Origin: Spirochaetia bacterium | GTDB taxonomy: Bacteria; Spirochaetota; Spirochaetia; SZUA-6; Bin103 | Length of the DNA: 64,000 nt | Reading direction: 5' to 3' | NCBI GenBank assembly: GCA_965203515.1 | Contig: OZ241907.1 | Location: forward strand, 1,760,001-1,824,000 | Shown: positions 1-12,615 of the stretch, in pieces | Layout of the letters: each line of letters opens with the position of its first letter | Numbering within the stretch: position 1 is the first letter of the stretch | The notes under the pieces: model-generated | The model's database searches: none | What the model was told of the DNA's origin: nothing | Seen by the model: the letters and a program-made list of their open reading frames with translations, nothing else | Position numbers and translations under genes: made by a program

Positions 1-1
1 C

Positions 2-790
2 TGGTCGATCGAGAGCCTGGGAAACGAGCGCGTGCCCGGCCGCGGCGAGATCAACAACACCGGCGACATGATCCAGACGGCGATCGTGCTGGGACTGGCC
101 GGCCGGCCCGAGTACTTCGGCGTGGCCGAGCGCATGATCCGCAGCCACGTGCTGCCGAGCCAGTGGCTCGTCGGGCAGGAGATACTCCGGCCGGCGGACG
201 CTCCCGATTACGCGATGACCGCCTTTCCGCGGGAAGCCGACGGCGGCTGGGGGTTTCCCGGCCCCTCGGACCGCCACGTCCCCGACCCGCTGGGGATCGC
301 CAACAGCGTGCTGGACATCACGCAGGGCGGCATCCAGTGCCTGTGGGCCGCGCTCCGCCGCGGATCGACGCGCCGCGGCGCGGACACGCGGCTCAACCTG
401 CTATTCTCCAGCGACCAGGCCGCCGCGCGCACTCGCAGCCGGCTGCCCGGCGCGGGTGAGGTGACGGTGACCATGCCGGCCGCCGGCCGCCTGTGGGTGC
501 GCACGCCGGACTGGTTGCCGCCGGAGGAGCTGGCCGTCGACCGCGTCGATCAGGCCGGCGGCCCGCTCGGCTTGCTGCGCATCGCGCCGTGGGCGGTGAC
601 CGATCCGCTGCCGACGGGCGCGGAGGTGCGGGTGCGCTTCAGGCCGGTGCGCCGCGTGGAGGAGGAGTGGAGCTACTGGCAGCGGTACCGCATGGCGTTC
701 GAAGGCGATACCCTGGTGGAGATGAGCCCGCGCGGCCGCCACGCGCCGATGTTCCCGGCGCTCCGCAGCCCGGCCGAACGGACGCGCTGA
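2..790 (+). CDS. 5'-truncated hypothetical protein, C-terminal part resembling GH127-like hydrolases
   Basis: Frame is open from the window edge (WSIESLGNERVPGRGEINNTGD...). A helical region is followed by a beta-rich C-terminus with LWVRTPDW, reminiscent of GH127/146 C-termini. Confidence 0.4.
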   Translation, partial: WSIESLGNERVPGRGEINNTGDMIQTAIVLGLAGRPEYFGVAERMIRSHVLPSQWLVGQEILRPADAPDYAMTAFPREADGGWGFPGPSDRHVPDPLGIANSVLDITQGGIQCLWAALRRGSTRRGADTRLNLLFSSDQAAARTRSRLPGAGEVTVTMPAAGRLWVRTPDWLPPEELAVDRVDQAGGPLGLLRIAPWAVTDPLPTGAEVRVRFRPVRRVEEEWSYWQRYRMAFEGDTLVEMSPRGRHAPMFPALRSPAERTR

Positions 791-834
791 GCGGACCGGC
801 TCAGCGCGGACCGGCTCAGCCCAGACCGCTCAGC
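785..834. repeat. Short tandem repeat/hairpin between convergent genes (GCGGACCGGCTCAGC x2 plus a degenerate copy); possible terminator
   Basis: 791-805 and 806-820 are identical 15-mers; GCTGAGC/GCTCAGC can pair. Confidence 0.45.
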
Positions 835-2470
835 CCGGCCGCGGCGAGTCCGGCCAGATGCCGTCCGGGTACTCGTAGCGCAGCTCCAGCTCGACGTCCT
901 CTACGGTGATGGCGAACTCCGCGGCCAGCCGTTCGTTGCGCTTGGCCATGCGCAGGGTCACCTCGTTGCGGCCGCGCCGCGGCAGATGGTCCGACAGGTC
1001 GTACTCGAACCAGTCCCGCCCGGTCCAGCGCATGCAGTACGCGCCGGGACGCTGCGGCGTGGCGCACTCCAGCAACTCGCCGTTCAGCCTCACCTCCACC
1101 TGGTCGTACACGGTCATGTTCCGCAGGTGGACGCGCAGCCGGCACCCGCTCAGACGGTCCGCCTTGCCGCGCGCGTCATCCGCCACCTCAATCGTGATCG
1201 GCAGCGGCCGGGAGCCGAGCACCGCCGGTATCTGCCGCTCGGTCCGCAGGCAATTGGGGAACGAGTCGTGCGAACGCATGACCACGTAGGTCTTGTCCTT
1301 GCACTCCAGCCGCAGCGGGCTGCCTATGTCGTCCAGCGCGTCGCGGTTGTCGTAGTTGTAGGTGGGAGCGGTGCCGAAGTAGTTGAACACGTACAGGCCG
1401 GGGACGCCCTTCGCCAGATGGCGGGCGGCGATCGCGCGCGTCATCTCATTGGTCATGCGCGTCATGATCGGCGTGCGGATGAACCAGCGCTTGTCGTCGG
1501 CGTCGCCGGCCAGGTAGCCCTCCTCGATCGCGGGATATACCTGCACGTCGGTCGACGCGGTCAGCTCGACCCACTCGCTCACGTCCTCCTCCACGTCCTG
1601 CCCGAAGAAGCAGGACGGCACCAGCAGGTCGACCAGGCCGTCGCGCACCCAGGAGCGTACGTCCAGCCCCAGCCGTTCGCTGCCGGCGATGGTGTTGGGC
1701 ACGCGCGCGGCAAAGCCGATCGGCCGGCCGCGCGCGTCGCCGATGCGGTCGAGCCCGGCGCGCATCTGCCGCATCAGGTCGGTCATGAGCGGCATGCCGG
1801 CCTGCTCCGCGCCGCGCTTGAAGTAGCCGGGGCAGCGCATGAAGTCGCACAGGAACCCGTCCACGTCGTAGCGCTCGCACGCCTCGAACGCCAGGTCGCG
1901 CCGCAGGTCGCGGACCTCCCGGTGGGCGTAGTCCTGGAAGAAGCGGAGCACGTTCCACAGGTTTTTCGGCCAGCCGGCGGCGCCGTCCTCGCCGATCAGG
2001 TATTCGGGATGCTCGGCGAAGAACTCGCCCGACCAGAGGTTGGCGTCGTCGGCGTCCGCCCCCCAGTGGTGCCAGTCGTTCATGGCCAGCCGGAACCAGA
2101 AGTCGACGCCGATCCGCTTGGCCTCCCGCACCTTGACCGCTTCCGGGTCGATGCCGGCGGCGAACGCCAGGCGCAGGTGCTCGGCGTGGCGCCACAGCTT
2201 GAGGTCGCCCACGCGGGCGCCCCGCTGCATGCGATCGACGATGAACTCCGCGCCCTCGACCTGCGTCGGCCACCCCACGGTGAAGCCGGCGTTGGAGCCC
2301 ATGGCGCCGACGTAGGCGTCGACCGGGCGGCCCTGGAAGAAGCCGAAGTGCGCCTGCGCTATCCGTTCCGCCGAGATCGGCGGGTGATAGAACATCTCCT
2401 GCCCCGCGTTCTGGTCCCACATGACCCGGTAGCGCCGCACGCGCCGGTCCCCGCTCCGATCGTCAGCCAC
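830..2470 (-). CDS. Glycoside hydrolase-like TIM-barrel protein (GHL10/DUF187-like)
   Basis: 546-aa ORF with 'ERYDVDGFLCDFMR', 'GLDVRSWVRDGLVDLLV', 'GLYVFNYF' and a C-terminal beta-sandwich. Confidence 0.6.
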   Translation of the reverse strand: MADDRSGDRRVRRYRVMWDQNAGQEMFYHPPISAERIAQAHFGFFQGRPVDAYVGAMGSNAGFTVGWPTQVEGAEFIVDRMQRGARVGDLKLWRHAEHLRLAFAAGIDPEAVKVREAKRIGVDFWFRLAMNDWHHWGADADDANLWSGEFFAEHPEYLIGEDGAAGWPKNLWNVLRFFQDYAHREVRDLRRDLAFEACERYDVDGFLCDFMRCPGYFKRGAEQAGMPLMTDLMRQMRAGLDRIGDARGRPIGFAARVPNTIAGSERLGLDVRSWVRDGLVDLLVPSCFFGQDVEEDVSEWVELTASTDVQVYPAIEEGYLAGDADDKRWFIRTPIMTRMTNEMTRAIAARHLAKGVPGLYVFNYFGTAPTYNYDNRDALDDIGSPLRLECKDKTYVVMRSHDSFPNCLRTERQIPAVLGSRPLPITIEVADDARGKADRLSGCRLRVHLRNMTVYDQVEVRLNGELLECATPQRPGAYCMRWTGRDWFEYDLSDHLPRRGRNEVTLRMAKRNERLAAEFAITVEDVELELRYEYPDGIWPDSPRPG

Positions 2471-2545
2471 CGTTTCGACCTCCGTGTCATGCTACTATTG
2501 CATCTAACGCCTGCGTTCGCCAGGACGCAGCGCAAGGGAGGGACG

Positions 2546-3340
2546 ATGACCGCCACGCAGAAGTATCTCTTCGACCTGCAGGGCTTCCTGATCGTCGAGG
2601 ACGTGCTCTCGGACGAGGAATGCGAGCTTGCCAAGCGCAAGATAGACGAGCGCATGGAGCCGATGGACAAGACGCCGGACGGCTACGACGCGAACGGCAC
2701 CTGGCACCGCGCCTGGGGGCTGGTCAACGCCGGCGAGCCGTTCACCACGCTGATCGACCATCCCAAGCTGATCTCGGTGCTCACCGAGATCATCGGCCCC
2801 AAGTTGCGGTTGGAAGGCAACTACAGCTTCGTGCGCTCGAAGGGCTGCCCGCACTTCGAGATGCACGGCGGCCACCGCGGCGGCCGGGTCAACTTCCGCT
2901 ACTACGTGCATGGCGATCAGATCTACACCGGGCTCACCGTCGTGTCGTTCACCCTGCAGGACATCGCCGAGGAGGACGGCGGCTTCGCCTGCATCCCCGG
3001 CTCGCACAAGTCCGACTTCAACGTCCCGCGCGAGGACCACAAGCGCCTGTTCGCGATCGACGGCCCGCTGGTCCGCAACATCGCCGCGCCCAAAGGCTCG
3101 GCCATCATCTTCACGGAGACGCTCGCGCACGGCGCCGCCTCCTGGCAGGGGGACGAGCCCCGCTACGGGGTGTTCTACAAGTACAACGACCGCGCGGCGA
3201 CCTACGGCTACCGGCCCTATCGGCTCCCCGGCAAGGAGACGCTGGCCACGCTCACGCCGGCGCAGCGCGTCTTCTTCAACGGCACGTGGGAGGCGTTCGG
3301 CCCGGAGGACAACCCGCACAACGAGTACGCCGAGGCGTAG
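2546..3340 (+). CDS. PhyH-like Fe(II)/2-oxoglutarate-dependent enzyme
   Basis: AGGGAGG RBS before ATG 2546; 'QKYLFDLQGFLIVEDVL', 'GGFACIPGSHK', distal 'ETLAHG'. Confidence 0.8.
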   Translation: MTATQKYLFDLQGFLIVEDVLSDEECELAKRKIDERMEPMDKTPDGYDANGTWHRAWGLVNAGEPFTTLIDHPKLISVLTEIIGPKLRLEGNYSFVRSKGCPHFEMHGGHRGGRVNFRYYVHGDQIYTGLTVVSFTLQDIAEEDGGFACIPGSHKSDFNVPREDHKRLFAIDGPLVRNIAAPKGSAIIFTETLAHGAASWQGDEPRYGVFYKYNDRAATYGYRPYRLPGKETLATLTPAQRVFFNGTWEAFGPEDNPHNEYAEA

Positions 3341-3364
3341 CCGTTCCGGGGGTCGGGCGCAGGA

Positions 3365-6499
<3,135 letters not shown>

Positions 6500-6530
6500 C
6501 GCCCGTCCTCCCCTGTGACGATGACGAATC

Positions 6531-7598
6531 TCACCGTGCCGGCCCGCCGCTGATCACGTTCGCCTTCCAAAGTTGGCCCAGAGAGTACTCCTTTAGCCAG
6601 TCCTGCAGGCGATCCGGGTCCAGCCGCTCGAAGGCCGACTCGCCATCCCGGCGATCGACCACCACGATGTCTTCCGGCCGAAACTCGCTGACCAGGTCGG
6701 CGGATTGCGTGGAGACGATCACCTGCCGCGCTTCACTCGCCGACTGCAGCATCTCCGCCAGCAGCGTAAGCGCGAACGGATGCAGCCCCAGTTCCGGCTC
6801 ATCGATCAGAATCAGCCGCGGCTGCATCGCGGTCGGCTGCAGAAGCAGGGTGGCAAGGCACAGGAAGCGGAGCGTGCCGTCCGAAAGCTGAAGCGGTCCC
6901 AGCGGCGTATCGGCATCGTCGACGTGGTGCCATTCGAGCTCCATGCGCTCATCGACATCCCTGCGATAGACGAAGCCGCCGAAGAACGGCGCGGCCAGCC
7001 GCACGGCGTCGACGATCTCGCGGTGCTCGTGCGGATGGCGTTCATGGAGCAAGCGCAGGAATGGCCCCAGGTTGGCCCCGTCCGGCTTCAACCGCAGGTT
7101 GTCGCGCACCGCCTGCGGGCAGCGCATGCCCGCAACCTCACTGGTATCGTGAAAGTGATACACCCGCCAGTCCCGCATCGCCGGCAGCACGTAAGCCGCA
7201 AAGTCGCCGCCCTCGATACTCGCCGCCTGCGCTTCCAGGTGGCCCGACCAAGTCGATCTTTCCGGAAAAACGTGCTCTCGCGCGAACGCCATTCCGTCCG
7301 CCACCGGCTCAAGCGAAAAGCCGTATCGGCGGCTGTTGCCGTTGAAGGACAACTCCACGTCCAGACCCGAAGTCCGCCGGCGACCGCCGAACAGCAGAGC
7401 GTCCGCTCTCCCCTCCCGCTTGACGAACAGTTGGAGTCTCTTCGCGGCAAGTTCGGACACCATCCGAAACAGACTCATCAAGTTGCTCTTGCCCGCTCCG
7501 TTCGCTCCGACGAGGACATTCAGTCCGCGCAACTCGAAGTCCTCCAGCACCCGAATCGACTTGAAGCCGCGAACGGACAGTCGGTCTATCGCAGCCAT
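6531..7598 (-). CDS. ABC/AAA_21-type ATPase (RecF/SMC-like N-terminus)
   Basis: [14 protein letters not shown] Walker A, LSDGTLRF signature, [11 protein letters not shown]alker B, VSTQS. Confidence 0.88.
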   Translation of the reverse strand: MAAIDRLSVRGFKSIRVLEDFELRGLNVLVGANGAGKSNLMSLFRMVSELAAKRLQLFVKREGRADALLFGGRRRTSGLDVELSFNGNSRRYGFSLEPVADGMAFAREHVFPERSTWSGHLEAQAASIEGGDFAAYVLPAMRDWRVYHFHDTSEVAGMRCPQAVRDNLRLKPDGANLGPFLRLLHERHPHEHREIVDAVRLAAPFFGGFVYRRDVDERMELEWHHVDDADTPLGPLQLSDGTLRFLCLATLLLQPTAMQPRLILIDEPELGLHPFALTLLAEMLQSASEARQVIVSTQSADLVSEFRPEDIVVVDRRDGESAFERLDPDRLQDWLKEYSLGQLWKANVISGGPAR

Positions 7599-7706
7599 GT
7601 CGTGTCTCTCGCTTCGAGAAGCTGGGCGTCCCATACGCGAATGACGACCTTCGTCGCCGCGACCGTCTCGTGCATCATCCTCATTCGCGCCACAGGTACC
7701 GACTCA

Positions 7707-7724
7707 GACTTCGGCGCCGAAGTC
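7707..7724. other. Perfect 18-bp palindrome GACTTCGGCGCCGAAGTC in an intergenic gap
   Basis: Self-complementary by inspection; its core matches the repeats inside the HNH gene at 20229-20509. Confidence 0.6.
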
Positions 7725-7784
7725 CCGCCCCGCCCACAGTCCGACTCTGCCCTCTCCCGCTGCCGGTCATCGCCGCTAGCGACT

Positions 7785-8900
7785 TCAGTTTCCAGCCTCG
7801 ACGGAAATGATGCATGCGTTACGTAAGGAAAGACGTTGACGGTGTTGCTCTAGATCGCCTCTCATAACGACCGTTGATCTCTGCCTATGGGCCTCCGTCA
7901 GTCGCTCGTAATCAGTTCTCTTGGCGTAAACCTTGACCGATTTCCATTGTCCGTCAATAGGCGCCCGCATGGTGACCACACCGTCGCTCTCCCATTCCTC
8001 GCGATGCAGACGGTGTATCGGTCCGGTCAGAGATATGTCGGGGTGAGGCTCGCGCTCGCGAAACGACCGCGCTGCTTCCCGCAGGATCGGAGCGTCGGGG
8101 TTAGAGAATTCAACGATCTTTCCAGCCGACTTCATCGGCCGTGTACGAGCCCAGGTCATGTCTACATCAAGCGTCGGAAACGGACTGATCATCCTGTATA
8201 GCGCTTCGCACAGGTTCGCGCTAACCCCCTTGTCGACGACTCTCGCAAAGGCTTCTCCGTCACCTGCAACCGTGCTCTCCGTAGCGCTCCGGGCAGCGTC
8301 GAGAGCCTCGATCAGACGTGTTGTCATCCGTCGTTCGATGGGGGCGTCGAATTCCTCAGAGTCTCCGAACAAGGTCGGAATCGGTGGAGGTATCGAGATC
8401 ACTAGTGCGACAACGAAACTTCCCTGTTCGGTCTGTCCCAGACGAACTCGGCTCAGAAGGTCGGCCGCCTCCTTGTTGGCGCCCGCGCGGTACAGTGCCT
8501 GCGGCTCACGCAACGAGCAGGCCGCCGCCAAGAGCATGTCACGCGCGCCATCGATGAGGTCGACGCCGTCGTTCACTGTCAGGCTGCCGTCATCGCTTCC
8601 GCCGGCTCTTACCCGCACGACATCACGGTTGGCGTTCACCAAATCGCGGTAGAGGGCGAGTTCGTCGCGTTCGGTTACTCTCGTGAATATCTCGATCAGT
8701 TGGGCTACGACACTTGCGTAGTCACCTAAACGTTGCGTGCGTGGCAGGATGATCTCAGGCAGCCCCTCTGCGGCATAAACGTCGGAATGGGCGCCGTATC
8801 TCTCATTCGTCTTGGACCAACCCGCAGCCCGCGCGTAAGCCGAAAGCGCATCCGGCGAAATCGCCCGCAAAGCGTCGCGATCTCGAATATTCACCTTCAT
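7785..8900 (-). CDS. Hypothetical protein (371 aa) translationally coupled to the DUF4365 gene
   Basis: Clean ORF with ATGA overlap with the upstream gene; visibly lower GC than the flanks. Confidence 0.75.
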   Translation of the reverse strand: MKVNIRDRDALRAISPDALSAYARAAGWSKTNERYGAHSDVYAAEGLPEIILPRTQRLGDYASVVAQLIEIFTRVTERDELALYRDLVNANRDVVRVRAGGSDDGSLTVNDGVDLIDGARDMLLAAACSLREPQALYRAGANKEAADLLSRVRLGQTEQGSFVVALVISIPPPIPTLFGDSEEFDAPIERRMTTRLIEALDAARSATESTVAGDGEAFARVVDKGVSANLCEALYRMISPFPTLDVDMTWARTRPMKSAGKIVEFSNPDAPILREAARSFREREPHPDISLTGPIHRLHREEWESDGVVTMRAPIDGQWKSVKVYAKRTDYERLTEAHRQRSTVVMRGDLEQHRQRLSLRNACIISVEAGN

Positions 8901-9427
8901 CGGACGTTCCCTCCTCTCGATCGATCCATGATCAGACGCAAATTTTTGACGTCAAACACGTTCTCATTCGGAATCCGCACCGTGACAGAAGATCGGTTGT
9001 CGGTCTCATCCGCTCCCACCAAGCTCAGCCAGTAGGCACACCGCCTCAGAGCCAACTCGTCGGTCGTAACTTTAATCCATTGGTCCTCATCTCTGGGTAG
9101 ATCGAGCACTACGAGCACGCGTGGTGTCTGGGTCTGAATGCGGAGCAGGTCGTAGTTGCGCCGTTTCAACTCAAAGCGGTAGTGACCATCGCCCACCGGA
9201 TTCAGATTGACGGTCGCCTTCAACTGCAAGTCGATGGCCGGCCTCATCCGTCCGCCCGAATGAATTCGGAGATCGACACCGTCACGGTCGAAGTCGCAGT
9301 CTGCTGTCACGTACCCCGCACCCGCCGCCACGGCGCGCGCGTACACACGGGACAGCGCTTCTTCCCGATCCGCGGGCGTAAGCAAAGCATCCTTCACACG
9401 GCCTCTATATTCCACTGTCATCCACAC
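8897..9427 (-). CDS. DUF4365-family putative PD-(D/E)XK nuclease
   Basis: '[16 protein letters not shown]', 'DRDGVDL', 'IDLQLKAT', 'PRVLVVLDLP', 'CAYWLSL' pattern. Confidence 0.75.
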   Translation of the reverse strand: MWMTVEYRGRVKDALLTPADREEALSRVYARAVAAGAGYVTADCDFDRDGVDLRIHSGGRMRPAIDLQLKATVNLNPVGDGHYRFELKRRNYDLLRIQTQTPRVLVVLDLPRDEDQWIKVTTDELALRRCAYWLSLVGADETDNRSSVTVRIPNENVFDVKNLRLIMDRSRGGNVR

Positions 9428-11067
9428 AGCTCCCCGGAAATCAGTTTCGGCAAGAGCGCGTCGAGCTGCGCCATCAGATTACGGGATGCATTCTGGTTTG
9501 CCAGAATACCCTCCATGTACGGAGACACCAAGTCATCGAACATGCCCGCTACTTTCGTCGGAGGGATAATCGTCGTTGCGACTGTGAACGTGTCACGTGT
9601 TATCGTGTCGAAAATCGTACCATGGGTTCGGGTGGTAAGCTCCTTGATCGACATTCGCAGGTTCCAATAGGTGAATAGATCCGGGTACCCGTCACGTCCA
9701 CGAATTCCATAACACGTCTGGTTCATTGCCATCGGGACCCCTAAGCATGCTAATTTGCCTACGGTACCTCGCGCCGTAATGATTGTCGTCCGAGCAGGAA
9801 GGATCCGAGTGGAACTATTGGCGACGCCCAGCGGTGATATGGTACGCTCGGTGTCGATAGCGAAAACGCCGTTGAACGAAGGATCGTCCTTTGCGGTATA
9901 CCAGGGAATATCACCATCCCAGTATTCCGGCACGGACGTTCGGGGAGTGCCTCCGTTGATGATCTCAACGATATTCGCCAAGGCTCCAATCTCCCAACCG
10001 TAAGGTACGTTCGCTCCGTTGTTCGACGCCACGAAGCGGTCAGGGAACAGGTCGGCGATATCTTTGGGCAGGCCGGTGTCGCGATCTTCTTGCTTGGCCC
10101 ATACCGGCTCAAAATCGACAAACCACGACATGAACAGCGCTCGTGCCGTTGCATCCAGAGTCTCGTTCATGAGGCAGTATAGCTTAATTCTTTCGTCAAG
10201 TGGTTCAAGTACGCGGACAATGGCGCGCTGTACGTCGAGGGGCGGAACCGGTATCGATATGGATCGAAGATAAGAGATCGGCTGCGCTATCGAGGGGACG
10301 CCGACCTGGGACGTGTTCGCGAGTAACTTGTGCCGACCTTCGGGTGTCTTGAAGTAGTACGCCACGAACTGCGGGAGCACCTGACGTCGATCACAGCGCA
10401 TGTAGAACTGGCTTTGAGAAATGACGTAACGATCGTAGATTGAATTCTCCGGGACATAGGCGACCTGGCCGATGGTACCTCGATGAGTGAATACTACGTC
10501 GCCTCGTGCTACGTTCGCGTTCCGCAGCCGCTCTGCATGTTCTTCAGTGATGAAGTTGAATCCCGGTCTGTCATCGACCATCATTCCGTGGAGATGCTGG
10601 CCGCTGATTATCGGTACGCCCGTTGGTACGAACGTGTTCACGCGAATGGATGACCCGAAAGGACCCATCGCGACCTTCTCGGCGATCTCCTCAATGCGCT
10701 TCTCTTGCCACTTCACCCGCCGAGACCGTTCCTTTTCTATAAGAGCCACGTAGTCCCTTTCAATGCGGGAATGAAAGCTCTCCGGCAAGCGTGCCCAGTC
10801 GTGCGCTTCAACCAGGAACGGAACCGTGGAATCGCGCAGTGCTTCCTCGAAATCGGCCAGCCGCGTAATGTCGATCTTGGCGAGGCCGGGGCCGCGCAGC
10901 ACGAGGTCGAGGTCGCTGCCGTCGTGGCTCTCGCCGTTCACGCGGCTGCCGTAGGCCCACACTTCCACCTCGGGCAGGTGCTCCTGCAGCAGCGCTTCGA
11001 GCATGGCGCGATGGCGAGCCGACAGATGCAGCGTGCCGGCGGGCCGCTCACCCGGTGCGTCAGGCAT
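9418..11067 (-). CDS. hsdS: Fusion of an N-terminal minimal nucleotidyltransferase (MNT) and a Type I R-M specificity subunit
   Basis: ATG 11067 overlaps the HEPN stop. The first ~110 aa carry GS-X10-DxD (YGSRVNGESHDGSDLDL). Then TRD1 (MGPFGS), conserved region (IPVPPLDVQRAIV...ARALFMSWF), TRD2 (GGTPRTS) and terminal LLPKLISGEL, with no stop between the domains. Confidence 0.9.
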   Translation of the reverse strand: MPDAPGERPAGTLHLSARHRAMLEALLQEHLPEVEVWAYGSRVNGESHDGSDLDLVLRGPGLAKIDITRLADFEEALRDSTVPFLVEAHDWARLPESFHSRIERDYVALIEKERSRRVKWQEKRIEEIAEKVAMGPFGSSIRVNTFVPTGVPIISGQHLHGMMVDDRPGFNFITEEHAERLRNANVARGDVVFTHRGTIGQVAYVPENSIYDRYVISQSQFYMRCDRRQVLPQFVAYYFKTPEGRHKLLANTSQVGVPSIAQPISYLRSISIPVPPLDVQRAIVRVLEPLDERIKLYCLMNETLDATARALFMSWFVDFEPVWAKQEDRDTGLPKDIADLFPDRFVASNNGANVPYGWEIGALANIVEIINGGTPRTSVPEYWDGDIPWYTAKDDPSFNGVFAIDTERTISPLGVANSSTRILPARTTIITARGTVGKLACLGVPMAMNQTCYGIRGRDGYPDLFTYWNLRMSIKELTTRTHGTIFDTITRDTFTVATTIIPPTKVAGMFDDLVSPYMEGILANQNASRNLMAQLDALLPKLISGELCG

Positions 11068-11494
11068 CGCCCGTCCCGTCGATGACGGCAGCCAACCTCT
11101 TGGCGTCGGCGATGAAGGCCGGGAGCAGCTTGAGGGTCGCCTCGGCGAAGCCTTCACCGTAGTCGTGGGCAGTGTCGTTACGGTTGTCGCGGTACTCCAG
11201 CCAGCGCTCGCAGGCGTCCGCCGGCAGCAGGCAGTGCTTGGCGGCGTGGCGGAACACGTCCTTGAACACGAGGCGGTCGGCCTGCCGGTTGCTGGCAAAC
11301 CAGGGGCGCAGGCGCTTCTTCAGCAGCTTGCCGCTCTGTTCCAGCACCAACTCGAACTCCTTGACGCAGGCAGCGCGGTAGATGTCGCGGAGTACGTCGT
11401 CGCCGGCAGCCTGGTCGCGGAGTCTGTCGAGCGCCTGCTCCAGGGTCCTGATGCAACGCTTCAGATAGGTGGTGTCTATCGCCCTCTGTTCCAT
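11060..11494 (-). CDS. HEPN-domain RNase toxin (HI0074-like nucleotidyltransferase substrate-binding family)
   Basis: 'YRAACVKEFELVLEQSGKLLK' and intact R-X4-H-X-Y motif (RNDTAHDY); alternative TTG start at 11509. Confidence 0.85.
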   Translation of the reverse strand: MEQRAIDTTYLKRCIRTLEQALDRLRDQAAGDDVLRDIYRAACVKEFELVLEQSGKLLKKRLRPWFASNRQADRLVFKDVFRHAAKHCLLPADACERWLEYRDNRNDTAHDYGEGFAEATLKLLPAFIADAKRLAAVIDGTGDA

Positions 11495-11613
11495 TGGGTC
11501 CTGGCTCAATCAACCGTGCGCCGGCTACCGAGCCGACGAATCTCGCACGACCGAGCGCTTCAACATACCATGGCGAACGCCCCCCATTCACCGGCCGGCG
11601 GGCACCGCGGCGC

Positions 11614-11651
11614 TTGACGTACCGATCTCCGCACGTACAGTACACGTACTC
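11614..11651 (+). promoter_or_regulatory. Putative promoter/operator of yefM
   Basis: TTGACG (11614) N16 TACAGT (11636), overlapped by repeated GTAC cores resembling YefM operators. Confidence 0.45.
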
Positions 11652-11933
11652 ATGGCGAGTGAACGGATTACGAACTACACTGAGGCCCGTCAGAATCTCA
11701 AGTCGTTGATGGACAGCGTCATCGAGGACGGCACACCGGTGATCATCACGCGGACGACAGGCGACCCGGTGGTCATGCTGGCCAAGATGGAGTACGACGC
11801 CATGATGGAGACCCTTCACCTGCTGCGCTCGCCACGAAACGCGACACGCCTACGCGACGCGATGGCCGGCGTCGAAGCGGGTAACGTCGTCCACGCCGGC
11901 CTCATCGACGGGGAGATCGCCGAGCGGCCGTAA
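11652..11933 (+). CDS. yefM: Phd/YefM family antitoxin
   Basis: 'NYTEARQNLKSLMDSV', 'PVIITR', 'ETLHLLRSPRNATRL'. Confidence 0.9.
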   Translation: MASERITNYTEARQNLKSLMDSVIEDGTPVIITRTTGDPVVMLAKMEYDAMMETLHLLRSPRNATRLRDAMAGVEAGNVVHAGLIDGEIAERP

Positions 11934-11951
11934 ACCGGGAGCGCACCGGCC

Positions 11952-12016
11952 GTCATCGCGTTCTCCCGGCAGGGCTTGGCAGGGTCGTCCGCCGGAACGC
12001 GCGGCTGATCAAGGAG
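11952..12016 (+). pseudogene. Eroded remnant of a YoeB/Txe toxin
   Basis: Fragments 'VIAFSRQG' and, in another frame, 'RLIKE' directly after yefM resemble the YoeB N-terminus; no intact ORF. Confidence 0.4.
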
Positions 12017-12057
12017 TCACCCATTCGTCGTAGCCACGTACGGGGTCACGTGTTGGA

Positions 12058-12615
12058 TCACGGGGAGAAATGTCTGAGGACACGTACCGCTTGGCTCAAA
12101 GTTCCGCCATGAGAGCGCAGCCACTGAGGAACATCGTTTGGGTCAACTGTTAGCCATGCCGTATCTCTACCAGCGCGACCGCCGTGCTGTGACTGGATTT
12201 CACCCGAACGCCACTTCTCCATCATTATCGACTTTGGGACAATCCAGCAGTGGGCGTTGAATGGTGCTATTCCGAGCCAGATTCCGATGTGGTAATTCTG
12301 GTCACGAAGTTGCTGAAACTTGTACGAACCAGCCTTCCACAGTGTGGAAAATTTGATCTCTACGCGGACGCCGCCAATGATCCTGTCAGCTTCGCTATCC
12401 GGGGACTTGGCTACGTCGAAGTTCTTTGCGGCGAAGAAACCCGCGACCAGTTGCTCGCCGATCTTTCCTATCTGGCGAGACGGCCGTGACTTGATCCAGG
12501 CGAAGGGACTCCCGGCCCATGACATATCCCCATCTTCATAATCAGCATACAGCGAAGTGGCGATCCCCGTAAGCATCCTTACGTCCGGATCGGCAATGTT
12601 GTAGCTATTGTCCAT
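12058..12615 (-). CDS. Putative Type II restriction endonuclease (PD-(D/E)XK)
   Basis: 'GKIGEQLV...DSEADRII...VEIKFS' catalytic pattern; start overlaps the MTase stop; lower GC. Confidence 0.65.
   Translation of the reverse strand: MDNSYNIADPDVRMLTGIATSLYADYEDGDMSWAGSPFAWIKSRPSRQIGKIGEQLVAGFFAAKNFDVAKSPDSEADRIIGGVRVEIKFSTLWKAGSYKFQQLRDQNYHIGIWLGIAPFNAHCWIVPKSIMMEKWRSGEIQSQHGGRAGRDTAWLTVDPNDVPQWLRSHGGTLSQAVRVLRHFSP

Noticed and set aside
9418..10716. Invertible hsdS shufflon
   Set aside because: Only one hsdS, no silent TRD copies, inverted repeats or recombinase seen.
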